Source: a virus. From it: a stretch of DNA of 64,000 bases. The translations under genes and the position numbers were made by a program. The stretch spans positions 1-64,000 of IMG/VR virus record IMGVR_UViG_3300050021_000500. One strand, 5' to 3'. Below the pieces are notes generated by a model that was not told the origin of the DNA, ran no database searches, and saw nothing but the letters and a program-made list of their open reading frames with translations. How positions within the stretch are numbered: position 1 is the stretch's first letter; each line of letters begins with the position of its first letter. This document shows positions 17,239 to 25,857 of this stretch, piece by piece.

Positions 17239-17531
17239 TGAACGAATTCTACGAAACCCGGAACCACCGAACGGCGGAAAGCCGCATCTATTCCAGCCTC
17301 GGCCATGCGATTATCGCCTGCCTGGCGTTCCGCTCCAAGCGCGTGGCGTACTCGGACTGCTGGTCCGTGTCCCGCGTTTCGGACGGCGCCACTTGGCATC
17401 AGCTCGTGTGGGATGGCCAGCAGTGGGTTCCCTGCGAAGGCTTCGGCCGTCGCGTCTACACCCCGTCGGGTGACGCAATCCGCCTGGAGCGCGCAGCCAA
17501 GCGCGCTCTGGAACTGGCGGAGGTGGCGTAG
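17238..17531 (+). CDS. Hypothetical protein
   Basis: Coupled TGATG start. Confidence 0.55.
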   Translation: MNEFYETRNHRTAESRIYSSLGHAIIACLAFRSKRVAYSDCWSVSRVSDGATWHQLVWDGQQWVPCEGFGRRVYTPSGDAIRLERAAKRALELAEVA

Positions 17532-17533
17532 CC

Positions 17534-17752
17534 ATGACATCCCCTATCCCTATCACCATCGGCAGTATGAACAATTGGAAGCCGGGCGACCGCGTGTACT
17601 ACGTGGCGCTGCCGGAACTCACTGGCACCGTGCGCACGGTAGACGGCGCGCACGGACAAGATGTATCGGTTCAATGGGATCAACCGGGGTGGGGCATCAC
17701 GCGCGAGGCGTCGGCTTTGCTCGAATGGTACACCCTGCCGGAGGCCGCATGA
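17534..17752 (+). CDS. Hypothetical SH3-like small protein
   Basis: WKPGDRV....GTV...V.V.WD. Confidence 0.55.
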   Translation: MTSPIPITIGSMNNWKPGDRVYYVALPELTGTVRTVDGAHGQDVSVQWDQPGWGITREASALLEWYTLPEAA

Positions 17753-18555
17753 CGCCCCTCGTTGAGAAGTACAAGCCCGCGACGATTGACGCCTTCGCCG
17801 GCCTGGATCGCCCGCGCGCCATCCTGGGCCACCTGGCCACGAACCCTTACGCCTCGGCCTGGCTGCTGCTCGGCCCGTCCGGCCTGGGTAAAACCACCAT
17901 GGCCCTGGCGCTCGCCCAACAAATCGGCGGGGAGGTCCATCATATCCCTTCCCGGCAATGCGACCTGGAAACCGTGGAGCGTATCACGGCGAGTTGCCAC
18001 TATGCGCCGATGTTCGGCCAGTCGCCGTGGCACGTCATTCTGTGCGACGAGGCCGATCAGATGAGCCGGCCCGCGGAGCTCGCGTTCCTGTCCAAGCTCG
18101 ATACCACCGCGGCACCGCCCAACACCATCTTCCTGTTCACCGCGAACGCCACGAATCTGCTGGAGGATCGCTTCCTGAGCCGCTGCCGTGTGGTGAAGTT
18201 CAGTCATGAGGGGCTACTCGGGCCGGCCTGCGCGCTACTGGCAACCATCTGGCAAACCGAAGCGCCGGACGTTCGCGCGCCGGACTTCGCCGGGATCGTG
18301 AAGGCGGCCGAATACAACATCCGCCAGGCGATTATGAACCTGGAACTCGAATTGATAGCGCCCACTCGCGCTACGGTGACGCCAGTTGCATCCGAACGCG
18401 TCAAGCGATGCGAACCTATCGACATCGACACCCGGACGCGGGCTATCGCATTGCGACGGCAGCACGTGCCCCTGGCCGCCATCGCTCGCCAATTGAACGC
18501 CCCGCAGTCTTCCGTGTGGCGTTGGACGCGGGAGGCCTCTCGTGTTGCTGTTTGA
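17749..18555 (+). CDS. Clamp-loader/RarA-like AAA+ ATPase with C-terminal HTH
   Basis: LVEKYKP, GPSGLGKTT, ILCDEAD, SRC motif; IARQLNAPQSSVWRW. Confidence 0.85.
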   Translation: MTPLVEKYKPATIDAFAGLDRPRAILGHLATNPYASAWLLLGPSGLGKTTMALALAQQIGGEVHHIPSRQCDLETVERITASCHYAPMFGQSPWHVILCDEADQMSRPAELAFLSKLDTTAAPPNTIFLFTANATNLLEDRFLSRCRVVKFSHEGLLGPACALLATIWQTEAPDVRAPDFAGIVKAAEYNIRQAIMNLELELIAPTRATVTPVASERVKRCEPIDIDTRTRAIALRRQHVPLAAIARQLNAPQSSVWRWTREASRVAV

Positions 18556-18862
18556 AGGGGCTCCATTGCTTCCCATTTTCGGCATGCTGCTATTCGTCAA
18601 GCAGCGCTTCGTCGATCAGATCCAGGCCGGCACGAAGACCTGGGAAATTCGCTACGGTGCTCGGTATCGCAACGTCCGCCCCGGCGATTCGCTCTCTATC
18701 AACGGGCGATTGCGACTCAACGTGGAGCGCGTGGACGTTCACGCGCGCGCATCCTTGCTTGCGGCCGGCCTGGTGTCCGCAATCGATCTAGCCGACTGCT
18801 ACGGCGCCGCCGAGGGGCCGTTCTACGTGTTCCACTTCACGCCACCGACAGCCCGAACATAA
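18542..18862 (+). CDS. ASCH/PUA domain protein
   Basis: FVDQIQAGTKTWEIR...VRPGD. Confidence 0.8.
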   Translation: MLLFEGAPLLPIFGMLLFVKQRFVDQIQAGTKTWEIRYGARYRNVRPGDSLSINGRLRLNVERVDVHARASLLAAGLVSAIDLADCYGAAEGPFYVFHFTPPTART

Positions 18863-19958
18863 GCGCTTCCCGTCTCTCCGCCGGCGGCCCGATGTACTCG
18901 AAGCCTGCCGTGAATCTACCGGATGCCGTGGTTTTCATTTTCACCGTGCTGGTTTTCCCTTGCGGCCCCACTCTGCTCATTTCACGATTGACTCGCCAGA
19001 TTTGTGACTTCCGGCAATGCGCAACAACTGCGGGATGCGCAGCCGTCCGGAACACAGGCCGCCCCGTGGCCTTGAGAAGGCTGGATACGTAATCAGCGAG
19101 CGCAACCCCAATCCCTACGCCCTGGTAGTCCGGTAAACACACCAGCCGATGCAGACGCCATCCCGGCCGCACAGCGTGGGGGAACGGTAGGTAGGCGACA
19201 AACCCCACGGGCGAATCGTCGATGAATGCGGCGAAGCATTGAGCTACTGGCGAGAGATCCGTGTCTAGATAGTGATGGTGACGGAAAATGGCCCAAGCTT
19301 TTTTATGCACTCTGCGTATGGTGAGATTGATGCTTGGCCTTCGCTGAAGCTCCCTCCACTGGAACGTATCTGTCCCCGGTTCGAACACCCAATCCGGCTG
19401 AAGCCATTCGGCAATATCGTAATGGCACGAAACCGCGATAAACTGCGCGTCACGCTTGCGAACCGTTCGCGCGATGGCGCATGAGCCCAACTGCGCCACG
19501 CGCCGGTCCACCACGCTGCTGAATTCGTCTATCACAAAAAGGCCGCTGGCTTGCGCAATGGCCCGCGCGACGGTAACGCGAAATTGCTCTCCATTGGACA
19601 GCACGGAAAAGGGCCGAAGCCACGACGGCGGGTCACTGAATCCTACCGAGTTCAGAATCTCGACCACTTCTTTCACTGGCATCTGCGCGGGGAAATCGTC
19701 AACAATAGCCCGCTGCGGAGCCCACTGAAACCCGGGAATCATTTGCGCGCCAAACAGTTCCCGCGCGACGGTTGTCTTCCCGCTGCCCGATGCCCCGACA
19801 ATAAGCCCGACGTTCCACTTTCGCTGCTCAATCGGCAGATGAACGGCCCATTTGACTTCGCTGTGTTGCGAGGGCGGGACGGCGAACAGCCCCTCCAGTT
19901 GCATCACGCGGCCGGAACGGTTTATCTCCGTTCGTCTTACGATATCAACGCACGGCAT
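18837..19958 (-). CDS. ABC-type ATPase fused to GNAT (Mom-like) acetyltransferase
   Basis: GASGSGKTT, LSNGEQFR, IDEFSSVVDR; C-terminal FRHHHYL, RLVCLPDYQGVGIG. Confidence 0.9.
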   Translation of the reverse strand: MPCVDIVRRTEINRSGRVMQLEGLFAVPPSQHSEVKWAVHLPIEQRKWNVGLIVGASGSGKTTVARELFGAQMIPGFQWAPQRAIVDDFPAQMPVKEVVEILNSVGFSDPPSWLRPFSVLSNGEQFRVTVARAIAQASGLFVIDEFSSVVDRRVAQLGSCAIARTVRKRDAQFIAVSCHYDIAEWLQPDWVFEPGTDTFQWRELQRRPSINLTIRRVHKKAWAIFRHHHYLDTDLSPVAQCFAAFIDDSPVGFVAYLPFPHAVRPGWRLHRLVCLPDYQGVGIGVALADYVSSLLKATGRPVFRTAAHPAVVAHCRKSQIWRVNREMSRVGPQGKTSTVKMKTTASGRFTAGFEYIGPPAERREALMFGLSVA

Positions 19959-20470
19959 GAAACCCCTTCGTCAACAAGAATTTCGTATTTATCGGGAATC
20001 TTGCCGCCCTTCGGCGCATCCTCCGGGGCTTCCCAACCCTCGGCCGCGAACATCGTGCCCAATTCGTCCGAATCGAAACCCGTCAGTTTCAGATCCATGC
20101 CCAGAGCCTTGCTTTCGAACAATTCCAGCCCGAGCAGCTCGAAATCGAAACTGGTTTCCTCGTGCACCCGGTTGTCCATCAGCCGGTATGCCTTCACCTG
20201 CCCCGGCGTCAGGTCTGCCGCCACGTGCACCGGCACTTCGGCCATGCCCAGTTTCTTCGCGGCCATCAGGCGCGTGTGGCCCACGACGATCACGTCCTGG
20301 GCGTCGACCACGATGGGCTGCTGCCAGCCGAATTCCTTTAGGGATGCGGCGACCTTGTCGACCGCGGAGGCGGAGAGCTTGCGGGCGTTCCGCGCGTACG
20401 GGACGGGCCGGTCAATCGGCCACATCTCGATCTGCATGGCGCCGGGGAGCGCGGGAGGGGATGACTTCAT
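19937..20470 (-). CDS. ParB/Srx N-terminal domain protein
   Basis: PY.RNAR...SLKEFGW.QPIVVD...IVVGHTRL.AA...YRL.DN. Confidence 0.9.
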   Translation of the reverse strand: MKSSPPALPGAMQIEMWPIDRPVPYARNARKLSASAVDKVAASLKEFGWQQPIVVDAQDVIVVGHTRLMAAKKLGMAEVPVHVAADLTPGQVKAYRLMDNRVHEETSFDFELLGLELFESKALGMDLKLTGFDSDELGTMFAAEGWEAPEDAPKGGKIPDKYEILVDEGVSCRALIS

Positions 20471-20497
20471 AAGGTGGGGCTCTTTTTTAATGCAGTG

Positions 20498-20582
20498 CCA
20501 AAAGCCGGGGAAGGGCCGGCGGCCGGGAAACAGCGCCCGGTGGAATCAATGGGGCCGGTGAACTCAGCGGCGCCTTTCAGCC
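20498..20582 (+). repeat. Degenerate paired element P (probable partner of C; inner hairpin lost)
   Basis: CCAAAA GCCGG..CCGGC GGC-N8-AGCGCC...GCCTTTCAGCC. Confidence 0.4.
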
Positions 20583-20614
20583 CGTTCATTCTGTTGGTTT
20601 TAGCTGCCATAGCC

Positions 20615-20712
20615 GTGTCTAAACCAATTGGTTGCGACACACCCGAAACCGGCTCCGCTGTCCTATTGTTTGCAACGCGCATATTGCCTTCTGAAAAGAC
20701 GGTTTTGACACA
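20615..20712. promoter_or_regulatory. Putative resolvase res site
   Basis: GTGTC-TAAACCAATTGGTTGC-GACAC dyad plus GGTTTTGACAC half-site directly after the recombinase gene. Confidence 0.45.
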
Positions 20713-20721
20713 GGCTCGCGC

Positions 20722-21288
20722 CTATGCCGCCACGGCCCGCCGGACGGTTGCGAAATTGACGCCCAACTCCGCGGCAATCTTCCGCCAGCTCATTCCCTGC
20801 TTGCGGAGCTCCTTGGCGCGGTCGCGCCGGAACACCTTCGCTGGCCGGCCGCAGTGCTTGCCCTGCCGCTTAGCCTCTGCCAGGCCGGCGTTCACCCGCT
20901 CCACGATGATGTTGCGCTCCAGTTCGGCCAGGAGCGCCAGGAGCCCGAGCATGAATTTGGCGAACGGGTTCTCATTGCCCGAGTCGACGCCTTCCGTGAT
21001 CGAGATCAGCCGCACTCTCCAGGAGGAGAGTTGCAGGGTAGTCGAAACGAAGTCCTTCATCGACCGCGCAAAGCGATCAATGCGCCACACCAGCACCACA
21101 TCCATCTTGCCGGCCTGTGCGTCCTTGAGCATCGACTCGAAGACGGGCCGCTTCTTGACGCTCGACGCCTTCTCAACGTACTCGACCGTTTCCCATTCCT
21201 GCCGGCCAGCATATTTGCGGAGATCGGTCAACTGCATTTCGCAGTGCTGATCTTTGGTCGACACCCGAGCGTAGATGGCCGCCTTCAT
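20722..21288 (-). CDS. Serine resolvase/invertase 1
   Basis: YARVST..Q...Q, DRFARS, LAELER..I.ERV.AG, GRP, C-terminal HTH. Confidence 0.95.
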   Translation of the reverse strand: MKAAIYARVSTKDQHCEMQLTDLRKYAGRQEWETVEYVEKASSVKKRPVFESMLKDAQAGKMDVVLVWRIDRFARSMKDFVSTTLQLSSWRVRLISITEGVDSGNENPFAKFMLGLLALLAELERNIIVERVNAGLAEAKRQGKHCGRPAKVFRRDRAKELRKQGMSWRKIAAELGVNFATVRRAVAA

Positions 21289-21590
21289 TGTTCCCGCACT
21301 TCCGCAATGAGCTTTTCCAACGGCACGTTCACCGGCCGGGCGCCGCCGCGCGCGCTATGTGCCAGAAGGCCGGCGGTCTTGCGAGCGCACCGCGCGGCCG
21401 CGGCGTGGATATCCAACAGCATCGGATGGGCGTAATGCAAGAGACCCACGTCGGCCAGCAGTTCTGCGGTGCCGTTGAGGATGATGGTCAATTCGTCGTT
21501 GACGTCATGCGCCGCCGCGGCTGCTACCGAACAGGCTCTCTCAGCATGGGTTCTGCGCTCGACGTTGGACATCCGAGACATGGCAAACAT
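21285..21590 (-). CDS. Stand-alone HisKA (DHp) domain protein
   Basis: AAAAAHDVNDELTIILN..ELL...LDI..AAARC...T..LLA.S matches the hybrid-kinase H-box AGGVAHDFNNLLT; no ATPase domain. Confidence 0.7.
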   Translation of the reverse strand: MFAMSRMSNVERRTHAERACSVAAAAAHDVNDELTIILNGTAELLADVGLLHYAHPMLLDIHAAAARCARKTAGLLAHSARGGARPVNVPLEKLIAEVREQ

Positions 21591-21692
21591 AGAACTATTT
21601 CAACAAACGGAAAGGCGGAGTGCGCTCCCACCGCGTCGACGGGGTAGGAGCGCCCATAGAGGAAGACTCCGCTCTCTGCTGCAAAGATCGTT

Positions 21693-22217
21693 TTACTTCA
21701 GCAGGCGCCGCAATTGCTTCAACGCCTGCGCCCTGCTTTGACCAATCGATTCGACCGAACGCCCCATAGCGGCCGCCAGATCCTTGTAGGTCCGGTCTTC
21801 GAAATACAGACCTATCAGAACCCGGGTCCGCAATGGGCTTAATCTGCACATGGCCGATCTCAGCCGGTACCCCGCTTCGTTGCGAAGATATTGGGCCTCC
21901 GGCGACGGCTCGGGACTTGCGTGATTCCGTAGGACGCGCGTGGTTCGGAAGGCGATCCCCGTGGCATCCCCGGCTTTGATCGCGCGGCGATGCGACCGGG
22001 TGGCCGGGTCCTCGCGGCGCCACCAATCCGCGACCGCCCCCGCCGCACGATAGCCAAGGAAGGTATGCGATCTTGTACCTCGGCTCGGGTCGAATCGCGC
22101 CATCGCTACAAGCACGGCGAGCGCCGCTTCCTGCTCCGCATCTTCTCGTAGATAACCGGGCACCCGCCGTACAGCATAAGTGATCCTCTTCGTGATTTCC
22201 GCAGGGATCGATTCCAC
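21693..22217 (-). CDS. RNA polymerase sigma factor (FliA/WhiG-like, sigma70 family)
   Basis: EDAEQEA.LA..ARFDPSRG..F..YR..GA..D..R..D; region 4 L..LYFEDRT.KDLA..MG.S. Confidence 0.85.
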   Translation of the reverse strand: MESIPAEITKRITYAVRRVPGYLREDAEQEAALAVLVAMARFDPSRGTRSHTFLGYRAAGAVADWWRREDPATRSHRRAIKAGDATGIAFRTTRVLRNHASPEPSPEAQYLRNEAGYRLRSAMCRLSPLRTRVLIGLYFEDRTYKDLAAAMGRSVESIGQSRAQALKQLRRLLK

Positions 22218-22219
22218 TT

Positions 22220-22462
22220 CTATTTCCGGGAGGTGCGCACTTTTTTTTGTTCGAGGGCTGCCAGCCGCAATTCCAGATTCTCTTTACTCACGTATTTGCC
22301 GTTCACCAGGCTAAAAAACTGAATCTGCGCGGCGGCCAGTGCCACGTGAAATTCATTGCGCAATGCTTCCAATTGGGTCTTGAGCCCGAAGCCGATGAGG
22401 GCCAGGATAATGGTCGTCAGAATGGCAAAAATCGCGGAGATATACGGAACAATGTTTGGCAT
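22220..22462 (-). CDS. Small membrane protein (single TM + coiled coil; holin-like)
   Basis: N-terminal hydrophobic helix; AAGGAG RBS. Confidence 0.55.
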   Translation of the reverse strand: MPNIVPYISAIFAILTTIILALIGFGLKTQLEALRNEFHVALAAAQIQFFSLVNGKYVSKENLELRLAALEQKKVRTSRK

Positions 22463-22515
22463 GGCTATACTCCTTGTTCTTGTTGGATTTCTTTGGTACT
22501 CCGCGCAAAACTCAG

Positions 22516-22618
22516 CGGTTAAAGGGTTCGAGGTTTGGTGGCTTCAGGGTGCGCGCTCGTGATGCGCCGCCTGGCCCAACCGTCGCCGTGGGACGGCGCT
22601 GGCCCGGCTCTGAAGTCA
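22516..22618 (-). repeat. Paired hairpin element B (L-type; pairs with G)
   Basis: TGACTTCAGA GCCGGGCCAGC [GCCGT-CCC-ACGGC] GACG GTTGGGCCAGGC GGCG...CTTTAACCG. Confidence 0.9.
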
Positions 22619-22632
22619 GCTACCGGAGAGCC

Positions 22633-22938
22633 TTATTTGTTCTCGATGCGCTGTGCGATAGTGGCGGCAAAACCGCAGAGGCATGCCAGCCGCAAACCCA
22701 GGGCGGCGATTTTTTCTTCGATGGTGCTGAGTTCAGTTAGTTCGGGATCACCGGCTCTTGGCCCGAAGAGATTCGCGTGAATGGCGCACAGATGGCGTTC
22801 GAGTTCGCCGCTCCACTTCAATGCCTCATCGGTCCTGGTGGTGAGACTGGCTTCTTTGAGCGGAGCCCGTGGGCCTTCCGCTGCGATCCGCGTCACCTGG
22901 GCAGGGGCGCGATTCGTGTTTTGCTGGTTGGGTCGCAT
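22633..22938 (-). CDS. Hypothetical protein, sole cargo between elements B and G
   Basis: 101-aa ORF filling the space between the element heads. Confidence 0.6.
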   Translation of the reverse strand: MRPNQQNTNRAPAQVTRIAAEGPRAPLKEASLTTRTDEALKWSGELERHLCAIHANLFGPRAGDPELTELSTIEEKIAALGLRLACLCGFAATIAQRIENK

Positions 22939-22948
22939 AAATCTGTTT

Positions 22949-23048
22949 TGACTTCAGAGCCGCTTCAGCGGCCGTAGGCCGACGGTTGAAGCGGCGGCGT
23001 GGAGCGAGCGCCTCGCACAAAAGGGCAGGACCCCGATAGCTTTAACCG
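22949..23048 (+). repeat. Paired hairpin element G (R-type; pairs with B)
   Basis: TGACTTCAGA GCCGCTTCAGC [GGCC-GTA-GGCC] GACG GTTGAAGCGGC GGCG...CTTTAACCG. Confidence 0.9.
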
Positions 23049-23205
23049 GAGCGGAATTCAGGCCGTCTATTGGATCGCTCCATGCTTCATACACGCGATC
23101 TGAACCGACAGCGGAGGTTTCGAACTTCTCGCGCTTTACGGGACCATAGGCGCGAATGAAGCCGAGCGGGCGCCGCAACTCTCTGCCGTCGGGGCCAAGG
23201 ATCAT
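22954..23205 (-). CDS. Hypothetical protein reading into element G
   Basis: Coupled to nusG-like stop (ATGA). Confidence 0.45.
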   Translation of the reverse strand: MILGPDGRELRRPLGFIRAYGPVKREKFETSAVGSDRVYEAWSDPIDGLNSAPVKAIGVLPFCARRSLHAAASTVGLRPLKRL

Positions 23206-23702
23206 GCGACCTTCCGCTCAATCACTTGGATATCTTCAATTGCAACCCGAGTGCGAATTGACCGCTGGAACATCGTGACCGAAACCACCACAAGGGCCTC
23301 GCCTTTCATTTCGATTACGTACCCTTCGAGGCCGACAAGCGGCCCACACCTGATTCTGATTTGTTCGCCGGCAGCCACATACGGGCAGGCGGTGACATCC
23401 GCTGTTGCGAATAGGGTCATGGTGCGAATCGCGTCGACCTCGGAGGTTGGGATGATCACCGGAGAATGGGCGCATCCCAAAATTGAGATAACCTGGGGAA
23501 TTCGAATGACCGGGGTGCGCTCGGCCAGGTCGAAATTGGCGAACACGTACCCAGGAAAGAATTTGCGGGTGATGTCACGGCGCTTATCGCGCGACTTCGC
23601 CATCACGTGAGGGAAGAAGCTGTCGATGCGGGCCTCGGAGAGCCGGTCGACGACCTGGCCTTCGGTGTTGGAAGCGACGTGCAAGGCATACCACGGCAGC
23701 AT
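23202..23702 (-). CDS. NusG/RfaH/UpxY-family transcription antiterminator
   Basis: WYALHV..N.E, FFPGYVF, KOW GEQIRI..GPL.GLEG. Confidence 0.9.
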   Translation of the reverse strand: MLPWYALHVASNTEGQVVDRLSEARIDSFFPHVMAKSRDKRRDITRKFFPGYVFANFDLAERTPVIRIPQVISILGCAHSPVIIPTSEVDAIRTMTLFATADVTACPYVAAGEQIRIRCGPLVGLEGYVIEMKGEALVVVSVTMFQRSIRTRVAIEDIQVIERKVA

Positions 23703-23767
23703 CGAGACACACTCCGCGCCCTTACTTACTTTTTGGGGCTGCTAAAACCGGTCTAACGCCGGGCTGT

Positions 23768-24196
23768 TTACGCCGCTACGGGCGTCTGTAGAAGGCCGCC
23801 GGAGACGTCGCGCGAGCCGGTACGCTCGCTGGTGACGAAGCCGGTCTGTTTGTCCGCGGGGATCTCCGCGTCGAGCAGCTTGAATGGAATCGTGAGTTTC
23901 GAGAGCAGGCCATCGAGACCCATGGCTTTGCGTAGCAGCGCAAGCGCTTTGGGCCTGTTGGTTATTTCGCGCCGGAATTCGCGCGCCGTGAGATCGAGAT
24001 AGTAGAGGCGCCCGGTGAGCCGTATCGGCAGGTTGGCCGGGCGGGTCTCACACTGCTGCTGGAGTTTGGCTTTGAGCTTCGCCAGTTCGTCCCGCTCGGG
24101 CTTCTGCTCGCGCTCTCTGGCCAAGAGGTAGGCACACCGATCGATGTCGCAAGCGGAGGGGGAATCGATAGCCGGAGCAGTTTTGGTAGCCATCAA
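23768..24196 (-). CDS. Hypothetical protein
   Basis: 142-aa ORF heading the leftward late unit. Confidence 0.6.
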   Translation of the reverse strand: MMATKTAPAIDSPSACDIDRCAYLLAREREQKPERDELAKLKAKLQQQCETRPANLPIRLTGRLYYLDLTAREFRREITNRPKALALLRKAMGLDGLLSKLTIPFKLLDAEIPADKQTGFVTSERTGSRDVSGGLLQTPVAA

Positions 24197-24304
24197 AATC
24201 CATGGTGCCCTGGATCCTTGGGCTTGCCAAGACTGAATTCCGTGCCAAATTAAACAAAAGCGGATATATTATAATCAGGTACTTAGGTATGTTTTGACCG
24301 TGAC

Positions 24305-24691
24305 ATGGTTTTTAATCGCACAGAACGCCTAGTCTGCCGCGCACTGACAAACGGTCACAGCGCTACGGAAATTGCCGAGGATTTGGAAATGGCGGTTTCG
24401 AGCGTCGGCCGGCACATGCGTAGTGCAATCCGCAAGGCGGCGTTGCACAGCCGATACGAACTCCTCGTGTTTTTGTTCCAATCGCCGGCCTCGCTGTCCA
24501 AGGGCGGCCGTTTCATGCCGGGGCTCCACAATTCAGCGACTTGCGCGTGCCCCTGCTGCTGCTATATGAGGGCCACAAGCCTGTCCCCGGATGTGCCAAC
24601 CGCGCGAGAACTCGTAACTCAGTTGAGGGATCCGATGGACTGGAAAGATCTACCACCAGCGGCTCCCCCACCGTCCGCCTCTCCAGACTAA
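24305..24691 (+). CDS. LuxR/GerE-like HTH regulator with Cys cluster
   Basis: TE..V...L..G.S..EIAE.L.....SV..H......K..L.SR.EL; C.CPCC. Confidence 0.75.
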   Translation: MVFNRTERLVCRALTNGHSATEIAEDLEMAVSSVGRHMRSAIRKAALHSRYELLVFLFQSPASLSKGGRFMPGLHNSATCACPCCCYMRATSLSPDVPTARELVTQLRDPMDWKDLPPAAPPPSASPD

Positions 24692-24724
24692 CTCGTATTA
24701 GACTGAGGTAAGGAGAATCAACTT

Positions 24725-25126
24725 ATGGGCAGACTTGCCTTAGAACTACCAACACAGACACCAACCTTCCTGGTTGAGCGCTTCGAAAACGGATATTACC
24801 GCATTGGCGGGGTATCCCTCCAGCAGATCCAGATCAACCTCAACGAGATGATGCAGACCGCGAGTGCCGCGCCCTCCGTGACGGGTGCGCCGCTGCCGGC
24901 TCTGAGACGCCAGCGACGCAAAACAATCACCGCAACTTTCACGCCCGCGCGCAAGCCACGCACGTTGAGCGCCGCCGGCAGGAAGAGGATCGCCGCTGCG
25001 CAAAAGGCGCGCTGGGCGAAGAAACGGGAAGCAGAAGCAATCGCAGGCGAGACTGCGCCGGTACCGACAGCGCAGAAACGGCACCGCGCCAAGCGGCAGC
25101 CGAAGACGATGACGGCCGCCGGATAA
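24725..25126 (+). CDS. Basic nucleoid-associated-like protein
   Basis: RTLSAAGRKRIAAAQKARWAK motif. Confidence 0.65.
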   Translation: MGRLALELPTQTPTFLVERFENGYYRIGGVSLQQIQINLNEMMQTASAAPSVTGAPLPALRRQRRKTITATFTPARKPRTLSAAGRKRIAAAQKARWAKKREAEAIAGETAPVPTAQKRHRAKRQPKTMTAAG

Positions 25127-25131
25127 CAAAA

Positions 25132-25166
25132 CAAAAAACGGCGCCGTCCCGGACGAGGCGGCGCCA
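25132..25166. terminator. Intrinsic terminator between convergent genes
   Basis: GGCGCCG..CGGCGCC stem with A-tract on the left (U-tract on - strand). Confidence 0.6.
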
Positions 25167-25192
25167 TAAGCCTGTTCAGCCAAAGGAGTGTT

Positions 25193-25528
25193 CTACGATT
25201 CCAAGGTTACCACCCCGGCCCCGTCACGCGCCCGCGTCGGTGCTACCTGCTGCATCTCGTAGTCACAGTAGTAATCGTACGGCGGCCGGTAGTCCGGGTC
25301 ATCCTCCATCGCCTCCTGGACGTCATCCGGCGGGTCTTTGGGCACCTCGATGGCGCGGTGCGTCACCTGGCCGGCGTAGGTGATGTGCATATCGGTAACA
25401 CTGGCTGACCACCCGTCGCAGTCTAAATAGGCTTCAATGACCTCGGCAGCAGCTTCCAACGCGGACTCCAGGGTCGGACAATCGACGTTGTCTCCCGCCG
25501 GATCTACAACAGTCCACGTATCGCTCAT
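25193..25528 (-). CDS. Acidic hypothetical protein
   Basis: Asp-rich, ..YYCDYEM. Confidence 0.55.
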   Translation of the reverse strand: MSDTWTVVDPAGDNVDCPTLESALEAAAEVIEAYLDCDGWSASVTDMHITYAGQVTHRAIEVPKDPPDDVQEAMEDDPDYRPPYDYYCDYEMQQVAPTRARDGAGVVTLES

Positions 25529-25857
25529 CGCAGGACCTCCGCCACCGCACACCGAATGCAGTGTCGCGTCTCCGGTACCGCCTTTAACCGATTCTCCCTG
25601 ATCGCCTTGCCACATTCGATGCACTCGCCGTACGTCCCGTTATTTAGCCGCGCCAGAGCTTCCTCGACCATCGCCAGGCCCACTCCGGCGCACTCAATCT
25701 CTTTAGCGGTGTTATCTCGCGCGTAGAGGTTAACCGCGCTCTCCTGCGATTCTGCCGTTCGTTCTACTTCGATGTGACCGCGCAAGTGGGCTAAGTGATT
25801 GAGCGCCTCGCCGCGCTTGGCTTCGAGACGGGATCGGGGGCTCGTATTATCTGGCAT
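25525..25857 (-). CDS. TraR/DksA C4 zinc-finger protein
   Basis: EEALARL..GTYGECIECGKAI...RL.AVP..RHCIRC. Confidence 0.9.
   Translation of the reverse strand: MPDNTSPRSRLEAKRGEALNHLAHLRGHIEVERTAESQESAVNLYARDNTAKEIECAGVGLAMVEEALARLNNGTYGECIECGKAIRENRLKAVPETRHCIRCAVAEVLR

Noticed and set aside
21612-21672. Long bulged hairpin between the sigma and HisKA genes as a riboswitch or ribozyme
   Set aside because: No recognisable conserved core; single copy; cannot be supported beyond being a stem-loop.
24880-24905. CAGAGCCGGCAGC on the - strand as another element copy (likewise 43370 and 52829)
   Set aside because: No GACG-GT return strand or tail; inside coding sequence.
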